Below are positions 60,975-64,000 of a DNA stretch of 64,000 bases, one piece after another. The number at the start of each line of letters is the position of its first letter. Positions within the stretch are counted from its first letter, which is position 1. The stretch comes from an uncultured Verrucomicrobiae bacterium. Lineage in GTDB: Bacteria > Verrucomicrobiota > Verrucomicrobiia > Limisphaerales > Palsa-1400. Under the pieces are notes generated by a model. That model had not been told where the DNA came from. It worked only from the letters and a program-made list of their open reading frames with translations, and did not search any database. The DNA lies in NCBI GenBank assembly GCA_963764165.1, contig CAVXRD010000003.1, positions 544,001-608,000 of the forward strand, written 5' to 3'. The translations under genes were made by a program, and so were the position numbers.

Positions 60975-61194
60975 GTTGCACGCTATTACACCCTATTGCA
61001 CCCTTGGTTTTCGCGACACCGATGTTGCCGATTTTCGAGATTATATGACTTGCGGCGGTCGGCTCCCGACGGGACAACAACCCTCTTTGAAGAAATGTAG
61101 CGGGTTTGTAGCGGCTCTGCAGCCCCAATGTAGCGGTTTATCTGGTTGATAATCAACGATGTAGCGGGTGTAGCGGGTTTTTCGAGATTATATG
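60975..61194. repeat. Cluster of short direct repeats (tt(g/a)cac(c/g)ct x3, tgtagcgg x5) with two copies of ttttcgagattatatg
   Basis: 16-bp direct repeat at 61032-61047 and 61179-61194; palindrome gttgataatcaac near 61145. Confidence 0.6.
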
Positions 61195-61262
61195 CTCATT
61201 CATATTCTTGATATAATCCGGAACTCAAAAACTCACGACAAAAGGCCGGAGTTGGCAGGGGA

Positions 61263-61382
61263 AGCCGCAGATGGACGCAGATTGGCGCAGACAAAAATTA
61301 TTGCAGCACACCAAAGGGTCAAGGCGGACGAAACTTGCGGGCGCTTTTCGAAATCTGCGTTGATCTGCGGGCATCTGGGGCC
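61263..61382. repeat. Inverted repeat of 10-bp cgcagat units (same family as 48674-48821)
   Basis: gccgcagatggacgcagattggcgcaga ... tctgcgttgatctgcgggcatctggggcc. Confidence 0.6.
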
Positions 61383-61530
61383 AATTGAGTTCCAGGTTCA
61401 AATTTTTCGTAATATCTCTTCAATAATCGTGCCTGAAAATCTCCGGTCGGTTTTTTGTTTTCCCGGCCATGCGCCAAAGTGTGAGCATCACTTGCCATTC
61501 GCCCGCGCTTCCTGTTCACTTGCCATTGAC

Positions 61531-62730
61531 ATGAAACAGGAATTTGACTCGATTGAATCCGTCATCGCCGATCTCCGCAAGGGGCGCATGGTGGTTGTCG
61601 TCGATGATCCGGGGCGCGAAAACGAGGGCGATCTTATCATGGCTGCCGAATGCGTCACGCCGCAGGACATCAATTTCATGGCCAAGCATGGCCGGGGCTT
61701 GATCTGCGTGCCGACGACGTTCGAGCGCTTGAAGCAATTGGGCATCGAGCAAATGGTGGCGCAAAACACGGAGAATTACCGCACCGATTTCCAGGTGAGC
61801 GTCGACGCCGCCAAGGGCGTCACCACCGGCATCAGCGCGGCCGATCGCGCCCGAACGATTACGATCATGGCGAATCCGACCGCTGTGCCCGAGGATCTCG
61901 TCCAGCCCGGCCACGTCTTCCCGCTGCGCGCCAAGCCCGGCGGCGTTTTGCAGCGGGCGGGTCACACGGAAGCGGCAGTCGATCTGGCCAGGATGGCTGG
62001 CTGCCGCCCCGCCGGAATCCTGTGCGAGATCATGAGCGACGATGGCTCGATGGCGCGTTTGCCGGAGTTGAAACGGTTCGCGCGCAAGCACAAATTGAAG
62101 CTCTGCACCATCGCCGATCTCATCCTTTACCGGCGCACGCGCGAAAAGCTGGTGCAGCGAGTCGAGACGGTTCGGCTGCCGACGGCTTATGGCGATTTCG
62201 ATCTTTACCTTTATCGCTCGAATGTTGATGGCCAGCATCATCTGGCCTTGGTGCGCGGGGCCGTTGCCGGAAAGAAGAATGTTCTCGTCCGCGTTCACAG
62301 CGAGTGCCTGACGGGCGATGTCTTCGGCTCCTATCGCTGCGATTGCGGGCCGCAATTGCACGAGGCCATGCGCCAAATCGCCGAAGCCGGCCAGGGCGTG
62401 ATCGTGTATATGCGACAGGAAGGCCGCGGCATCGGGCTGCCGTCGAAAATCAAAGCGTATAAGCTGCAGGAATCCGGCATGGACACCGTCGAGGCGAATC
62501 TGAAACTTGGCTACGGCATGGATCTGCGCGAATACGGCATTGGCGCGCAAATCATGGTGGATTTGGGCCTCAAGACGATCTCGCTATTGACGAACAATCC
62601 GCGCAAGGTGGTCGGATTGGAAGGGTACGGATTGGAGATTGTGAAGCAATTGCCCATCCGCATCCGCCCAAATCAGCACAATGAGAAGTATCTTAAAACA
62701 AAGCGCGAGAAAATGGGGCATTTGTTGTGA
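61531..62730 (+). CDS. ribBA: Bifunctional DHBP synthase / GTP cyclohydrolase II
   Basis: DDPGRENEGD, TTGISAADR, RAGHTEA, RVHSECLTGD..RCDCG, QEGRGIGL, LLTNNP. Confidence 0.97.
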   Translation: MKQEFDSIESVIADLRKGRMVVVVDDPGRENEGDLIMAAECVTPQDINFMAKHGRGLICVPTTFERLKQLGIEQMVAQNTENYRTDFQVSVDAAKGVTTGISAADRARTITIMANPTAVPEDLVQPGHVFPLRAKPGGVLQRAGHTEAAVDLARMAGCRPAGILCEIMSDDGSMARLPELKRFARKHKLKLCTIADLILYRRTREKLVQRVETVRLPTAYGDFDLYLYRSNVDGQHHLALVRGAVAGKKNVLVRVHSECLTGDVFGSYRCDCGPQLHEAMRQIAEAGQGVIVYMRQEGRGIGLPSKIKAYKLQESGMDTVEANLKLGYGMDLREYGIGAQIMVDLGLKTISLLTNNPRKVVGLEGYGLEIVKQLPIRIRPNQHNEKYLKTKREKMGHLL

Positions 62731-62753
62731 GCGCCCGTTCACCAGGCAATCTT

Positions 62754-62997
62754 GGCAGGGCGAGGCTCCTGCCGAGACATCTTCAACAGCGCGGCTCGGC
62801 AGGAAGCCCCAGCCAACGAATTGGTGAGAAGCTCCGACGAACACATTTCGCCTTTGGTGGTAGGGACGCCTCGCCGAGGCGTCCGGTTGCGCGTGAAAGT
62901 TTTTGTGGGCCGCACCGTTCAACAACGCCTCACCCCGGACGCCTCGGCGAGGCGTCCCTACCATCACAAGGCAGTTCGTTGGCAGCCTCGCCCTGCC
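62754..62997. repeat. Nested REP/REPIN composite
   Basis: Perfect 29-bp arms tggtagggacgcctcgccgaggcgtccgg (62858-62886) and its complement (62935-62963), inside a gccaacgaa..ttcgttggc IR, inside a ggcagggcgaggct..agcctcgccctgcc IR. Confidence 0.8.
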
Positions 62998-63033
62998 GAC
63001 CGCGCTTATTTCCCATGCTCCGATGGAAAAATT

Positions 63034-63495
63034 ATGTTGACTAAAGTAACGCAGAAAAAGATCCGCAAGAGCCACGGCGCATTCGCCATCGTCGCCTCCC
63101 GATACAACGGCGTCTATGTCGACGCCATGCTTGAGGCGGCCGAGGCCGTTTTGAACGAAGCGGGCGTGAGGAAATTGCGGGTGGTGCGCGTGCCGGGTGC
63201 GTTTGAAATTCCTGCCGTGGCGGCCCGGCTGGCGGACGATTATTACTCGGCGATTATTTGCCTGGGAGTCATCATTCGCGGCCAAACCGATCATGCACAG
63301 CAAATCGGCAACGGCGTCAGTTATGCGCTGGCCAAGATACAGGTCGACTACGCATTGCCAGTGATTCACGAAGTGCTGCTCTTGGAAAACGAAGCGCAGG
63401 CAAAAGTCCGCTGCCTCGGCAAGGAGCACAACCGCGGGGCGGAGGCGGCCCACTCAGCCTTGGATATGGCGGAAGTGATGGAGTCGTTGCATTAG
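63034..63495 (+). CDS. ribH: 6,7-dimethyl-8-ribityllumazine synthase
   Basis: AIVASRYN, VPGAFEIP, CLGVIIRGQTDH, NRGAEAA. Confidence 0.95.
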   Translation: MLTKVTQKKIRKSHGAFAIVASRYNGVYVDAMLEAAEAVLNEAGVRKLRVVRVPGAFEIPAVAARLADDYYSAIICLGVIIRGQTDHAQQIGNGVSYALAKIQVDYALPVIHEVLLLENEAQAKVRCLGKEHNRGAEAAHSALDMAEVMESLH

Positions 63496-63671
63496 GAACG
63501 GAGCACTCGCAGACGGGCGCCGGATTTCATTTCCGCTTCGGATTGCTGAATGGCGGCTTCAAACTCCGGAGTAAACCCCAACTGGTCCTCGACAAAGTCG
63601 TCAAGCCAATCCCGAACCTGGCGCAGTTCTGCGGTGGACAGCTTTCGCAATTCACTCTCAACTTGCTCCAT
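63492..63671 (-). CDS. Small acidic helical protein resembling addiction-module antitoxins (orphan)
   Basis: MEQVESELRKLSTAELRQVRDWLDDFVEDQLGFTPEFEAAIQQSEAEM..; convergent with ribH. Confidence 0.5.
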   Translation of the reverse strand: MEQVESELRKLSTAELRQVRDWLDDFVEDQLGFTPEFEAAIQQSEAEMKSGARLRVLRS

Positions 63672-63775
63672 TTTGCTCGTGGAACAGTAATGCAACGAAC
63701 ACTGCGGAGATTTCAAGCTTTCTATGATTCTGAAAAACTCCTGGCGTGCGCCCAGCTTACCTCGTGGATTAGCCC

Positions 63776-63827
63776 TTGTGAAAAGTTTCACATAGTGCTT
63801 GCGAACACCTCCCAGCCCGCTTAATTT
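63776..63827 (+). promoter_or_regulatory. TGTGA-N6-TCACA palindrome (CRP- or Rex-type operator) followed by a sigma70-like promoter
   Basis: ttgtgaaaagtttcaca (63776-63792); TTGCGA-17-TAATTT (63799-63827). Confidence 0.55.
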
Positions 63828-63865
63828 TTTTCACAAATCGGTATGATTCCGATCCAAACAACAGT

Positions 63866-64000
63866 ATGAGAACTTTGACTTTTTCAATGATCCTCGCCGT
63901 GGTGGCGGGATCCATTCAATGGGCCTCGGCGGCGGACATTACGGGGAAAATCACGCTTAAAGGCACGCCGCCTGAGCCGTTAAAAATTCCTTATGACGAG
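63866..64000 (+). CDS. Exported protein, N-terminus only (truncated by window edge)
   Basis: Manual translation MRTLTFSMILAVVAGSIQWASAADITGKITLKGTPPEP..; signal peptide with ASA-A cleavage. Confidence 0.65.
   Translation, partial: MRTLTFSMILAVVAGSIQWASAADITGKITLKGTPPEPLKIPYDE

Noticed and set aside
60198..61128. Several 60-110 aa ORFs in the intergenic zone
   Set aside because: No motifs, they overlap palindromic repeats, and the frames conflict with one another
60975..61194. Possible CRISPR array
   Set aside because: Repeats are 8-16 bp with irregular spacing, there are no spacer-sized unique units, and no cas genes
61192..61530. FMN riboswitch or RibBA N-terminal extension
   Set aside because: No FMN aptamer core motifs seen; the extension translates repeat DNA
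62752..63033. RibH N-terminal extension
   Set aside because: Translation of nested REP elements; RibH homology begins near 63034

Overview
GC-rich bacterial chromosomal window. Gene content and repeat style suggest Verrucomicrobiota (Pedosphaera/Limisphaera-like), which is inference only. The core is a ribosomal superoperon (12.8-25.9 kb, rplB to rplQ). It starts at rplB behind its own promoter, lacks rpsJ-rplC-rplD-rplW, rpmD and adk, and carries apparent +1 frameshifts in rplP and rplX. Around it lie housekeeping genes (mutS, dacB, bioB, hrpB, eno, alaS, ribBA, ribH), a TetR-regulated RND efflux operon, a secreted S8 protease coupled to a GT-C/TPR membrane protein, an AAA-ATPase/PD-(D/E)xK nuclease, three toxin-antitoxin pairs plus an orphan antitoxin-like gene, and a 2815-aa secreted Ig/lamin-tail/CotH-kinase protein. 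Intergenic DNA is rich in small palindromic elements: a 280-bp MITE with 29-bp TIRs and a perfect 8-bp target duplication, nested REP/REPIN-like elements, and a ~1.4-kb repeat-dense zone. No rRNA, tRNA, CRISPR array, transposase or integrase was recognised. All family assignments come from motif recognition by eye, not database searches.
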